From Octopus sinensis (Eukaryota): a stretch of 64,000 nt of DNA. The stretch covers positions 185,429-249,428 of the forward strand of contig NW_021836293.1 in the NCBI RefSeq assembly GCF_006345805.1. Direction: 5' to 3'. Within the stretch, counting starts at the first letter, position 1, and each line of letters opens with the position of its first letter. The translations under genes were made by a program, and so were the position numbers. Below the pieces are notes generated by a model. The model was not told the DNA's origin. It saw nothing but the letters and a program-made list of their open reading frames with translations, and did no database searches. Positions 25,437-37,600 of this stretch are shown here, piece after piece.

Positions 25437-28400
25437 TCATCATCATCATTGTCATTTAACGTCTGTTTTCCATGCTGGTATGAGTTGGATAGTTTGACTG
25501 AGGTCTGGAGAGCCAGCAGCTGCACCAGGCTCTAATCTGATCTGGCAATGTTTCTACAGCTGGATGCCTTTCCTAACGCCTACACTCTGAGATTGTAGTG
25601 AGTGTCTTTTTACGTGCCACTGGCACAGGAGCCTGTTAGGCAGGCCTGGCATCGATCACGTTTGGATGGTGCTTTTTATGTCCCGCTGGCATGGGAGCCA
25701 GTCAGGGGTCACTGGCATCAGCCATGTTCAGACGGTACTTTTTTCATGTCACCAGCACAGGAGCCAGTCAGGTGGCTCTGGCATCGATCACATTCAGATG
25801 GTACCTTTTACATACCACCAGCACATGAGCCACTCAGGGTCACTAGCCACAGCTATGATTTTGGTCTTACTTGACTCAGCAGGTTTTCTCAAGCACATCA
25901 TATTGCCCAACACATCAAGGGTACTTTTAAATAGGCCAGACATGCAACACTGGAATCAGCCATGACTGCGACCTCATTTAGTTGCTGGGTTTTCTCAATC
26001 ACAGCCTATCTCAAAGGGTCTCAATCTCCTGTATTTGACTCTGTTAGGCCCAATGTTAGAAGGTAATGTTTCACTACCTCATCTCATGGCTTCCTGGGTT
26101 TACCTTTTCCACAGGTTCCTTCCACAGTTTGGGTGGGACACTCCCTCACACAGCTCTCCTTATCCATACATAACACATGACCATACCAGCCCATTTGTCA
26201 CTCTTGCACACCACATTTGATGCTTATGTCCAACTTTATCATATATGCACTTTGTCATGTATGTACTCTGACATTACACATCCAGCGGATCATACTAGCT
26301 TCATTTCTTTCAAGCCTACACATGTTTTCAGCAGTTATGGCCCATGTTTCACTGCTGTGTAGCATGGCAGTTTGCATACATGCATCATACAGTCTACCTT
26401 TCATCCTGCGTGAGAGGCCCTTAGTTGCCAACAGAGGTAGGAGCTCCTTGAACTTTGCCCAGGCTTTTCTTATTCTAGCCGCTACACTCTCAGAGTAACA
26501 ACTACAGACTTGGTCGCCTAAGTAGCGGAAGCTATCAACTACTTCATGTTTCTCCCCCTGGCACGTGATGTAATCTGATTTCTGTACTATCTTCCCAGTG
26601 AACCTTCCTTTGATATTGCTGTCCCTTTTATGTGTCCATAGTTTACACCAAGTACATCACATGGAGTTCCTACCCACGCCTTTTCTACAGATCGTGCAGG
26701 GCCATCTACCTGAAGGGGTTTGTGATTTGTCAGCCTTCCTACTTACTAAGACTTTGGTTTTGGCGAGGTTAACCCTAAAGCCCTTCGATTCTAGACATTG
26801 CTTCCACACACTAAACTTCGTCTCTAGTTCTGGTAGTAATTTGGCTACTAGAGCAAGACCATCAGCATAGGGGAGCTCCCAGGGGCAGCCTGCCTTGAAT
26901 TCCTCTGTTATTGTCTGGCGGACTATGATGAATAAGAGGTGGGCTGAAGACTGATCCTTGATGAACCCCTACTTCTACCTGGAATTCTCCACTGTACTCA
27001 TTGCCAACCCTCACCTTACTGACAGCATCCCTGTACATGGCTTGTAAAGCTCTTACCAACCACTCATCTATCGGCAGTTTCCACATTAACCACCAGATAA
27101 GGGATCAATGAACCATGTCAAAGGCTTTCTCCAAGTCAACAAAAGCCAAATACAGAGGTATATCTTTGGCTAGATATTTCTTCTGAAGTTGCCTTACCAG
27201 AAATATAGTATCAGTGGTGCATCTGCCTGGCACAAAACCAAACTGCATCTCATCTAGGCTCTCTCCCTAATTAGTTGGGCTATGATCCTCTCTATAACTT
27301 TCATCATCTGCTCCAATAATTTGATACCCCTGTAGTTATTTCTATCTAAAGCATCACCTTCACCTTTGTAGCAGTTGATTATAGTGCTGCTACACTAGTC
27401 ATTGGGTACGACTCCTTCATGAACTATCTGATTTATTATACGGGTGGCAACACCATAACCCACACCTCCAGATGGGCCAGGTGCTTTCCCTGTCTTCATA
27501 TCCTTAATTTTTTTATCTGCCAGGGTACTTTCGATTCAGATAGTTGGTCCCTCAATTGGGTCAACCTTTGGAAGACTCTCCTCCCATTTATTCTCCACAT
27601 TCAGCAGTCTTTCATAGTGACATCTCCAAACCTCTTTCTTTGCAGAATCATTAAATGCAAGAGTCACATTTCTCTCCTGTGACATTACGGTTTTCTCTTA
27701 TGCACTGTCTTGCAATCTGAAATACTTCAGTTCTTTGGTCCTCACACTGCTGAACATTGTCAAACTTCTTTTCTGCTACTCCCTTGGCTATATATACCTG
27801 TCTCCTAGCTTCCTTTTTGGCTGTCTGATACAGTCCCCTGCTACCCCAACTCTTCCAGGCCTGTTTCTTTGCTCTAATGGCCCTGTCTACAGTATTGTTC
27901 CGCCACCATGTTACCCTAGGTCTGGAAGGGACTTTGCACCAGCCACAGATTTGGTCTGTGGCACTCAGCAAGCTGTCTCACAGGAATTCCCAGCTGCCTT
28001 CTATGAAATAGAACTGTAGCTCCTCCTCCTTCTCAGTAAGGATATCCCTAAATCTCTGACTATGTGAAGAGTTCTTAAGCTTCTAAGTCCTTCTTTTCCA
28101 GATTGGTCTGCTTTTTGGCATCCTTCTGGCCTCGAGTCTAGAGTCACTGATAACTAGTCTATGCTGGGGGGTATATTCTTCATCGGGGAAGGCTTTTGTA
28201 CTTAAGAGAAACCATGCAGCCCACTGTCTGGTGAGAATGAAATCAATATGGCTAGCAGAGTCACTTGATTGATAGGTTAACAGGTGGCTAGCTGGCTTCC
28301 TGAAGTTGGTGTTGCAGATCAATAGGTTATTTGCATTGCAGAACTCCAGGAACCTACTTCCCTCTTCATTTCTGGTACCAACTCCCTGGCCCCTATGTAC

Positions 28401-28925
28401 ACCATGGAAGATACCAGGATGCTGTCCAACATACCCATTAAAATCTCCAGTTACAAAGATGAAATCATTGGCACTTGTCTTTGAAGTAGCCTGTGGAAGA
28501 ATATCATAAAAGTGACACTTCTATACATTTGGTAGTCCTACTTGTGGGACATAGGCAGAGATAATAGTAGCTATCCCAGTCTGCAAGACCAGCCTGAGTT
28601 TAAGCACTCTAGCCAACATCCTCACTATCTCTATGATCTTATCTAACCATTTCTCTGCAAGAAGCATGCCCACACACCCTATTCCATCACTGTTACTTTC
28701 CCAGAAGAATTTATGCTTATGTACTTTGCTTGTGAGGACTCTGGCTGTAGCACCTCTCCACCTTATATCCTCTTATATGCAAAATACATCAACATGTCTC
28801 CGTTCAAGCATCTCTAAAATCTCGCTAGACCTACCTTTCAATGTGCCTACATTTACAGGGCCAACTCTGAAAACTGGAAAAGAGATATGGGAGGTAACAC
28901 AGGAAGGAGAGATGTTATTCAGCAC
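25437..28925 (-). mobile_element. Near full-length, inactivated RTE-clade LINE
   Basis: (GAT)n tail, 3' UTR with ~66-bp tandem repeats, and a single APE+RT ORF broken by stops and frameshifts. Confidence 0.93.
26000..28925 (-). pseudogene. RTE ORF pseudogene (AP endonuclease plus reverse transcriptase)
   Basis: Endonuclease: RVGPVNVGTLKGRS, GDFNGYVG, ICNTNFRK, HIDFIL, PQHRLV. RT: NNYRGIKL, QFGFVPGR, AFVDLEKAFD, GVHQGSV, and YADG in place of YADD at 26858-26869. Confidence 0.92.
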
Positions 28926-29168
28926 CTGAAAAGAAGGTTCCTGTGATTATTTGGTAACAGACGTCATAACAGTTGTTCTTGCTTTTAAACTACGTTCAGA
29001 CAAACATGTTAGAATTGTTAAGGTTGTTGCCTCTACTGGGGGTAGGAATAAGGAGGCATTCTATATATGAAAGTGTTTTATATTTTCTACAGATTGCTTG
29101 CAGCTCACTTTCTTCCTACACTTCGATGCTTGTATCTTACATTAATATATCAATCTACTTATCTATCT

Positions 29169-29243
<75 letters not shown>

Positions 29244-30067
29244 GTATGTATTTACATATAGTTTTCAGTATTTCTGTATGCAATAGCTAATGCAATAGGT
29301 ACATAAAGCAGAATTAAAATAATGCAATAAAATATATACAGATGATATACATACAAGTACATGAGGAAGTATGAATATTAGCACTAAGATATTTATGCAT
29401 ATGTGAATGTGTTATCATGTCATTGTTCATTTTCTATCTTGATATGATGAATTACCACTCGTCATGATCTTTGAGGTCACCTCTTGAGACCCAGCTTACA
29501 TGATCTATCACTCATAATGACTCATCATCCTTCCTTTATCATGTTGATGTATCACTGTGCTCCTGACCTTCCTTGGCTCTTTGACACTGAGATTAATGTG
29601 GTTAATGTTCAGTTTAAACAGCTGCAAGTTAATGCTGGTGAAAACTTTGTGATTTGGGAAGAAAATTACAGAAGTTTGATATTCTAGGAGAAAAGACTGA
29701 GAAAATTGATTAGTACTAAAAGGAAAGATAGGCTTGAGAGAAGAGTTTTAAGGAAGATTACATACAACTAGCTACCTCTGTCGGGCAGAGATAGTTGTTG
29801 TAATGATAAAAGAAACTAAATGTGGAAACATCCCATTTGTGGGTCTGAGGTTGGGTGTTTATCCAGTTCCCATTAATTCTTTGTGGGCTACAGGCTATGT
29901 AAGAGGGGCTTACACAAGTATCAGTCCTCTTGTTGAAACTAACAAGAATTAGCTTGTGTTAAACAACCAAGTGGCTTTCTTCTTGATGAAAACTAGGAAG
30001 ATTTTGGGTGCTTTGAAGCAGGGCTGATCCAAATGTGGAAGCAACATTCTATTGTGTATATGTTAAT

Positions 30068-30395
30068 ATACTTGACCCCAGTACTTGACTGTAACTTATT
30101 TTATTTATCCTGGAAAGATGAAAAGCAGATTTGGCCACAGCTGAATTTGAACCAATATTAATAATGATAATGATGATAATAATGATTTCAAATTTTGGCA
30201 CAAAGCCAGCAATTTTAGGGGCAGTGTTACATCAATTACATTGATCCCAATGATCAAGTGTTACTTCTTTTATTGACTCCTAAAGGATGAAAGCTTAAAT
30301 CGACCCTGGTGGAATTTAAATTCAGAATGTAAAGACAGGTGAGATGCCATTAAGCATTTTGCCCAGCATGCAAACAATTTTACCAGCTTGCCACT
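30068..30395 (-). mobile_element. Two SINE family A copies (first partial)
   Basis: Family A motifs at about 30068-30152 and 30183-30395. Confidence 0.75.
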
Positions 30396-30397
30396 TT

Positions 30398-30650
30398 CAT
30401 CATCATCATCATCGTCCGTTCTCCAGAAGGCTGCACCAGGCTCCAGTCTGATCTGGCAGTGTTACTACAGCTGGATGCCCTTCATAACACCAACCACTCC
30501 GTGAGTGTAGTGGGTGCTTTTTACGTGCCACCGGCACAGGTGCCAGGTGAGGCTGGCAACAGCCATGATTGGATTGGTGCTTTTTACGTGCCACCAGCAC
30601 AGAAGCCAGTCAAGGCAGCGCTGGCATCGGCCAGTCAAGGCGGCGCTAGC
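30398..30650 (-). mobile_element. RTE LINE 3' UTR fragment followed by (AAC/AAT)n
   Basis: CTGCACCAGGCTCCAGTCTGATCTGGCAG..GGTGCTTTTTACGTGCCACC. Confidence 0.85.
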
Positions 30651-30837
30651 CAACAACAACAATAACAATGATAATAACAATGATGATAACAATAGCAACA
30701 ATAATAATAACAACAACAACAACAATAATAATAATAATGATAATGGGCTACAGCAAATATTCTACTCAATATTGCCTATTGGTTTGACTTTAACCAGTTG
30801 AGTGTGTCCCTTAGTGGCTGACTAAAAGAAGATAGGT

Positions 30838-31010
30838 TGTTTCTAACTTTGGCTCAAGGTCACAAATTTTAGAAGAGGGATAGTCAATTAAACACACCCC
30901 AGTATATCTGATTATTTTAAAAGCATGGGGAAAATGAAAGGCAAAGTTAACCATGATGGGATTTGAACTCAGAATATGAAATATGTTCAACTAAATATTG
31001 CAAAGCATTT
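30838..31010 (-). mobile_element. Decayed SINE family A
   Basis: ATGAAAGGCAAAGTTAACC..ATTTGAACTCAGAA. Confidence 0.7.
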
Positions 31011-31769
31011 AATCAGTCACTCTACTGTAATGTATTACATTATATAACATAATATAAAAATAGAGAGAGAATGAGAAAAAGATAAAAGGAGGGGTGCCAA
31101 AGAGAAAGAGAAAAGAAAAGTGCTCATATACTCGTAGTAACTTTAGCATGTGAGATGATGTGTTAAAAGTAGAAATATTATTGCTTATTGATTTCACTTT
31201 CAACAAACTGTTTTTATCTATTTATTTACATATTTTGCTTTTTCTGATTTCTTTTCTTTCTTTTGTGTTATGTCTACATCGATGTAAAATATATTGCAAT
31301 AGATTTGGGAATTTTAATGGTGATGGTTATAACTTACTGATTCAGAATATTTGTTTACTCTAAACTAGAGATAACAGGTTACTCTCCTTTAACAGCATAC
31401 AGCTTAGTGCCACTGATTATATCCTGACCACTAGCTCATAGAAAATACTTTAGCTCGGCTCTGAATAGTTATTATAGATTTCATTCAATAAAAGGCTATT
31501 TCACTCATTAGCAAACCTCCACTTACCAACTAGCAATGACCATAAGTCCAAAGATATGCTATTTTTATTTTTATTTCTTCTTCTAGTGTTAGTGAAGCAT
31601 TATCAGCAGCAGCATTGCTGTTCTTAATGTCTGGCCCATGGTGAAATGCAGCCAACCATGTCAAAGAATTGGGCTTCTTACATGTACAGCCTGCTTGTTT
31701 GTTTCACTAGTATTTATCATTGCCATTACAGAAGCTAATAGTTGGCTACATGTAAACATGACAAAACAT

Positions 31770-31982
31770 TGGTTTCAAATGTTGGCACAAGGCCAGCAAT
31801 TTCAGATAAGAGAGTAAGTTGATTACATCAACCCCAGTGGTCAACTGGGGTTATTTTACTTATTTTACTGACCCTGAAAGGATGACAGGCAAAATCAACC
31901 TTGGCAGAACTTGAACTCAGAACATTAAGTTGGAAAAAATGTCACTAAGCTTTTTTTCCAATGCAGTAACAATTCTGCCAGT
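31770..31982 (-). mobile_element. SINE family A
   Basis: Family motifs on the reverse strand. Confidence 0.8.
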
Positions 31983-32659
31983 TAATTTAATGCTGCTTTA
32001 AATCATGACAAAATATTTAGAAACTTAAAAATGGAAAGAAGTTGGATTTTATTCTGCATTTTGGCTCCAATATTATCTTTCTGGGAACATGTGGGATGCA
32101 TTGCTTTTTGTTTTTTAAGATTAATTACAAGGTCATTATTAAGCCTGGAGGATATGGTATTGTATCAAAGTCATACATAACATAGTTCATGAGTTCAAAT
32201 TTGCTGGACATATGTGTAAATTTATTTAATATGTATGAGACAAGAGAACCTCTACATGGTAGCTCAGTCTATTAACAATAACAGCTAAAGTTTTCTCAAG
32301 GCAAATCTCACCATCTTAGGAAAGGAATGATACATAGGATTATCTTACAAAAACATAGGATGGGCATGGTCTAAATGTTTTTGGTCATAGATCTACTCAA
32401 CTAGGATTGACCTAGAGCTAAACAATATCATGTGAACATTATGGAATAAAATCCAGAATCTGAAGAAATTAGTGATGATTTATGTGTGTCAACAACAACT
32501 GGTGTTAACAATTAGCAGAGCCATTTAACAGTATCATAGGCTTCAAGAAGAGCAATGCACTGGGACTGCTATGTACTCAATCACAGCATACAGAGTTTAG
32601 CATTTTATTGCCAATATATCTATACTTTAGATGGGCTTAATAAGTTCAGCTGTGATTCT

Positions 32660-33080
32660 TTTTTTTTTCTTTTTTACCTTTTCTTACATGTTTCAGTCAT
32701 TGGACAACAGCTCATACAGGGACACTACCTTGAAGGGTTTTGTAAAAAGAAAATCGATCATAGGATTTATATTTTAAGTTTGGGACTTATTCTATCAGTT
32801 TTGGGGGTTTTACTGAATCACTATGTTATTGGGATGTAAACAAACCAATATCGTTTATCAAGCATTGGTGGGGAGCAAAGACAAGCACAAAGACCCAAAC
32901 ACACATGTATACATGATAGGCTTCCACACAGTATCCATTTACCAAATTCACTCACAAGGAATCAGATCAACCCAGGTCTATTATAGAAGGCACTTACCCC
33001 AGGTGCAACACTGCTGGAACTGAACATGGAACTATGTGGCTGCAAAGTGAACTTCTTAACCACACAGCCATATTTGCACC
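32660..33080 (-). mobile_element. SINE family B
   Basis: TGTTTCAGTCAT tail end and ACCAAATTCACTCACAAGG..CTTAACCACACAGCCA head end. Confidence 0.8.
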
Positions 33081-33100
33081 AAGATTATATAACAAATATC

Positions 33101-33327
33101 GGCGAGCTGGCAGAAATGTTAGCGTGCCAGGCGAAATGCTTAGCGGTATTTCATCTGTCGTTGTGTTCTGAGTTCAAATTCTGACAAGGTCGACTTTGCC
33201 TTTCATCCTTTCGGGGTCGATAAATAAAGTACCAGTTTCACACTGGGGTCGATGTAATCAACTTAATCCCTTTGTCTGTCCTTGTTTCTCCCCTCTATGA
33301 TTAGCCCCTAGTGGGTAGTAAAGAAAT
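33101..33327 (+). mobile_element. Young SINE family A copy
   Basis: GGCGAGCTGGCAGAAATGTTAGCG..GGTCGACTTTGCCTTTCATCCTTTCGGGGTCGATAAA with CpGs retained. Confidence 0.9.
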
Positions 33328-34214
33328 ATATATAACAAATATCATTAATTGGAAAAAGATTGTCCAACCTACAGCCAGGATAAATAAACTAACAACAGTA
33401 TGCTAAGGCTTTCATCCAGCAATGAATTGACAAAAGTTGAAGAGATTCTTTGAAATATTGATCAATGATGGCAAACTCATATCACTAAAAGAGTACAGCT
33501 ATCTACTGGGTATCAGTGGAAGTTTTCTCCTGGATTTATTTGCAATACTTCTAATCAAACTAAAGACTAGCTGAATATATTAACATCAGATATTATCGAT
33601 ACACTTAGGCTAAGGCGAAAAATGTTTGCTTCTATACTTTTCACATTTGAACTCTCATCTGAACATTATCAAGCTCTCCAATCAAATTCTCCTGTGTGAA
33701 TATTAACTACGATAGACTGGCAAGTCATACAAGAGAGAAGGTTATTTGACTCTCAATTAATTAATAATTACAGAAACCAGAATTAAGAACTAGTTCTATA
33801 GACTGCTGCAATTTATGAAAGGATTAATTAAACTATCATTGAGGGAATGTGTGAGTATGTGTGTGTGACTGCATGCTATTGAATAAATCTGTGTTTGTGT
33901 GTGTATATTATTACAAAAATGTGTATATATACATTTTTGAAGGTATGTATATTTGTGTGTGTGTGTGTATGTATCATTGCAAGAATGTGTGAGTGTTTGT
34001 GTGTGTTTACACATGTGTAAGGTAGACATGTGGAAGTGAAATAAATGAGTATGGATTACTGAAGATTTGGATATATTTCCATGAATGTTTGTGCATACAT
34101 TATGTATATGTCTGTTAGTGTTCATAATTGCTACTGTCTGTCAACTTAAACAATCGAATCACCTCAAGAGAAGCCTGAATAAATAATCTCTCTCACCTTC
34201 CCCCAGACACATTA

Positions 34215-34224
34215 TCTCTCTCTT

Positions 34225-34262
<38 letters not shown>

Positions 34263-34483
34263 TTTCTCCCTCTCCCTCTCTTTCTCTCTCTTTCTCCCTC
34301 TCTTTTCCCTCTCTCTTTCTCTCTCTCCCTCTCTCTCTCCCATACACTCAACCTCTACCATAGACTCTCTACCCACCTTACACTCTCTTTCCTATACACA
34401 TATACTTATTCCCCCAACCGCACCCTCTTTCTGTCTCACTTTAGTTCTCTCTCTATCTATCTAGGATCTAACTATATTTCTGC

Positions 34484-34551
<68 letters not shown>

Positions 34552-34570
34552 TTATCTATCTATCTCTTTT
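34215..34570. repeat. (CT)n, (CTGT)n and (CTAT)n microsatellite cluster
   Basis: Directly visible. Confidence 0.9.
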
Positions 34571-35108
34571 CTCAGTAGCTTGATCTGAATATCATGTGTG
34601 TGTTGCTACTTTGCCATTAAGTCCAGCATTACTCAAAAGCCATGTGTGAGAAGGTTAGAATTCTGTATGGGTGATGAATTTACAAGGTTTGACAAGCCAA
34701 CAAGTGTAACTTTAAGTGGTTGCTTAAGCTGCTTAAAAAAAGCAGCTAAATTCTCTTAAAAGGAAAGATACAGTGAACAATGTACAAAATACAAATGTGG
34801 CAAAATAAGAAATAAAAATGTAAATATGCAAAAAAGACAAGATGGTCACTTTTGGAATGTTTTTGATCATGGTTTATGCAATCAGAAGTGAATGGAAGAT
34901 AACCAAAAGCAAACTTCAGTTGATATCTGCTGTAACAGTCAGTGAGTGTCTTGCCTTGCATTGGTTGTTGTTGTTACTGCTATTTAGCTATAGGTCTGTC
35001 CTGATATTACAGACCTATGATAAAAGGTATTCTAGTCATGATTATCTCATATTTTGTTTATGTGTAGGGAAGCCAGGAACATGTTAATAGCAATAATCAT
35101 GATAGGCT

Positions 35109-35250
35109 TAGGCGTGGCTGAGTTGCACATGGTTCCCGGTTCAGTCTCTCAGCATGGCACCTTGAGCAAGTGCCTTCTACTATAGCCTCAGGTCAACCAA
35201 AGCCTTGTGAGTGGATTTGGTAGAGAGACACAAAAAGAAGCCTATTGTAT
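35109..35250 (+). mobile_element. SINE family B 5' half
   Basis: ATGGTTCCCGGTTCAGTC..GGCACCTTGAGCAAGTG..CAAAGCCTTGTGAGTGGATTTGG, ending in the internal (TA)n. Confidence 0.8.
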
Positions 35251-35255
35251 ATATG

Positions 35256-35301
<46 letters not shown>

Positions 35302-35304
<3 letters not shown>

Positions 35305-35663
35305 ACAATAATTCTAGGATGGAATATATAAATATTTAATACATGACTATACACATTTCCACAAATCACATGACCTTAACATCAAGGTCCGTAACCATGA
35401 GAGGATTACAGTATTGTTTGTAGTGGAAGAATCACAGAGGGATTACAGTATAGTCTAGTGGAAGAATCACAAGGGATATTTATCTCTTCTTGTTAGTATG
35501 AAGGGATTAACATCCCTCTGTGATTCATCCACTAATGCAGTTTTGCCTGAATGAATCAACGATGATGATCAACCAGATGCCCATGTATACTATGGATTAT
35601 ACTGTAATCATCCCAAGGATATAAACCTTGATGTTATAAATTTCATCCTAGAATTATTGCTAT
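35302..35663. mobile_element. Palindromic MITE-like element
   Basis: Terminal inverted repeat ATAACAATAATTCTAGGATGGAA / TTTCATCCTAGAATTATTGCTAT, plus inner inverted segments AACATCAAGG, GATTACAGTAT and TAGTGGAAGAATCACAGAGGGA. Confidence 0.75.
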
Positions 35664-36235
35664 GATTATATTTATCTTACATTATATCAGTATAGCCATG
35701 ATGCAACCCTGAAAAACTGACTCACTAGTCAGTATCATTAGACAGTAGCCAACATAATGATATAGGAGCTTTATTTGCATACCCTTAACATTACAACAAA
35801 CGAATTTAAATGATGTGTGTGTGTGTCTCTGTGTGTAGAAGGTTGAAACGTAACACACAAATTGATATGTACAAGGAAAATAAGACAAGATAGAAAATGC
35901 AAAAATAATTTTATCAGGAAATACATTTTGTACCAGTTTCAGTCTTTTTGACTTTCCAGCTAAGAGTAAAACAGGAAATACTATTAAATTGGAGAAAAAA
36001 TTAAATGAAATGTTTTGCAAATATTCCCATAGTCTTCAAATAGGTAGGGCATTTTCCTTTTTACTGTCTGTCTGTCTCTCTCTCTTTTCCGTTGTGAAGG
36101 TTCTGTAGGTAGTTGCAGATCTAAAAACAATAGTGCTTATGGGTGCAAAGAAATGTTGGCTCTGAAGTTTGAAGGTTTAAGCAGCAGCAACCAAAGCAGG
36201 AGACAGTGAAGGAGAAGAAGGGGAGGAGGAGGAGG

Positions 36236-36315
36236 AGAAGAAGAAGAAGAAGAAGAAGAAGAAGAAGAAGAAGAAGAAGAAGAAGAAGAAGAAGAAGAAG
36301 AAGAAGAAGAAGAAA
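36236..36315. repeat. (GAA)n microsatellite
   Basis: Directly visible. Confidence 0.95.
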
Positions 36316-36835
36316 AGGAAAAGACAGGAATGGTATGACCTAGTAGTAGAGGCTGTTCCTGGAATCTTCTTTAATGGTCAAGTGATCTAAAAGTGACCTG
36401 TTGTGGCTCTAGCAGTAGTAGTGAGAAGTGTTCTAAATAAATTAATGGGTTCTTAACATATCTACCGTTTTTAATATTTACAAGCATATTATTCTAAGAT
36501 CCATGTAGTAGTGTTATCTGTAGTGGAAGCATTCAAAAGAACAATGAGGATGTGACAACTGGAGGAAGAGGAAGCTACACCAGCACTTAACTGGTACTTG
36601 TTTTCAACTGAGCAGACTGGTGTAAAGTGAAATCAAATGCCTTGTTCAAAGATATGATGCACTGTCTGATTCAGAAATCTAACCCATAACCTTATGTTTA
36701 CAATTTCAGTACCCTAAGTTTCATGCCTTCACAATAACCATGATATATAATTGAAAAATTAGTGACTTAAAATATTAAACTGACTAAATATGGTAAAAAT
36801 GCTCATGGTAATAACAATGATATGACATTAATAAT

Positions 36836-37242
36836 ATTTTCTAGTTAAGGCACAGGATCAGAAATTTTTAGTGGGATGGGTTTAGTTAATTACATCGACT
36901 CTAGTGCTTGACTGCTATTTATTGACCAAAGGAATGAAAAGCAAAGTCAACCTCAGCAGTTTTAGAATTCAGAATATAAAGCCAGAAGAATTGTCACTAA
37001 GCATTTTGTCCAGCACAGTTGTGATTCTGCAAGTTTGATAATTTTTTTTTACTATAAGCAGAAGGCCTGAAATTTTGGGAGAAGGGCTAATCAGTTACAT
37101 CAACCCCAGTGTTCAACTGGTACTTATTCTCTCAATACCAAAACGATGAAAGGCAAAGTCGACCTCTACATAATTCTAACTCAGAATGTCAAGTTTCAGA
37201 TGAAATGTGACCAAGCATTTTGTCCAATATGCAAACAATACT

Positions 37243-37290
<48 letters not shown>

Positions 37291-37490
37291 TGGTTTCGAT
37301 TTTAGAGTGTAGAACAATGTCAATGACACCAATGCCACTGCTCAACTGGTACTTATTTTTTATTGACCTCTAAAGGATCAAAGACAAAATTGATTTTCAT
37401 GGTATCTGAGCTTAGCATATAAAGAGATGAAAGGAATACCACTTTGCATTTTGTCTGAAGCACAGATGATTCTGCCAGCTTGTTACCTTC
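36836..37490 (-). mobile_element. Three tandem SINE family A copies with a (TAG)n spacer
   Basis: Copies at about 36836-37035, 37045-37240 and 37290-37490. Confidence 0.75.
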
Positions 37491-37494
37491 ATAA

Positions 37495-37499
37495 TGATG

Positions 37500-37581
<82 letters not shown>

Positions 37582-37600
37582 CAGCAACAATAATAACACA
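37495..37600. repeat. (TAA)n microsatellite
   Basis: Directly visible. Confidence 0.95.
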
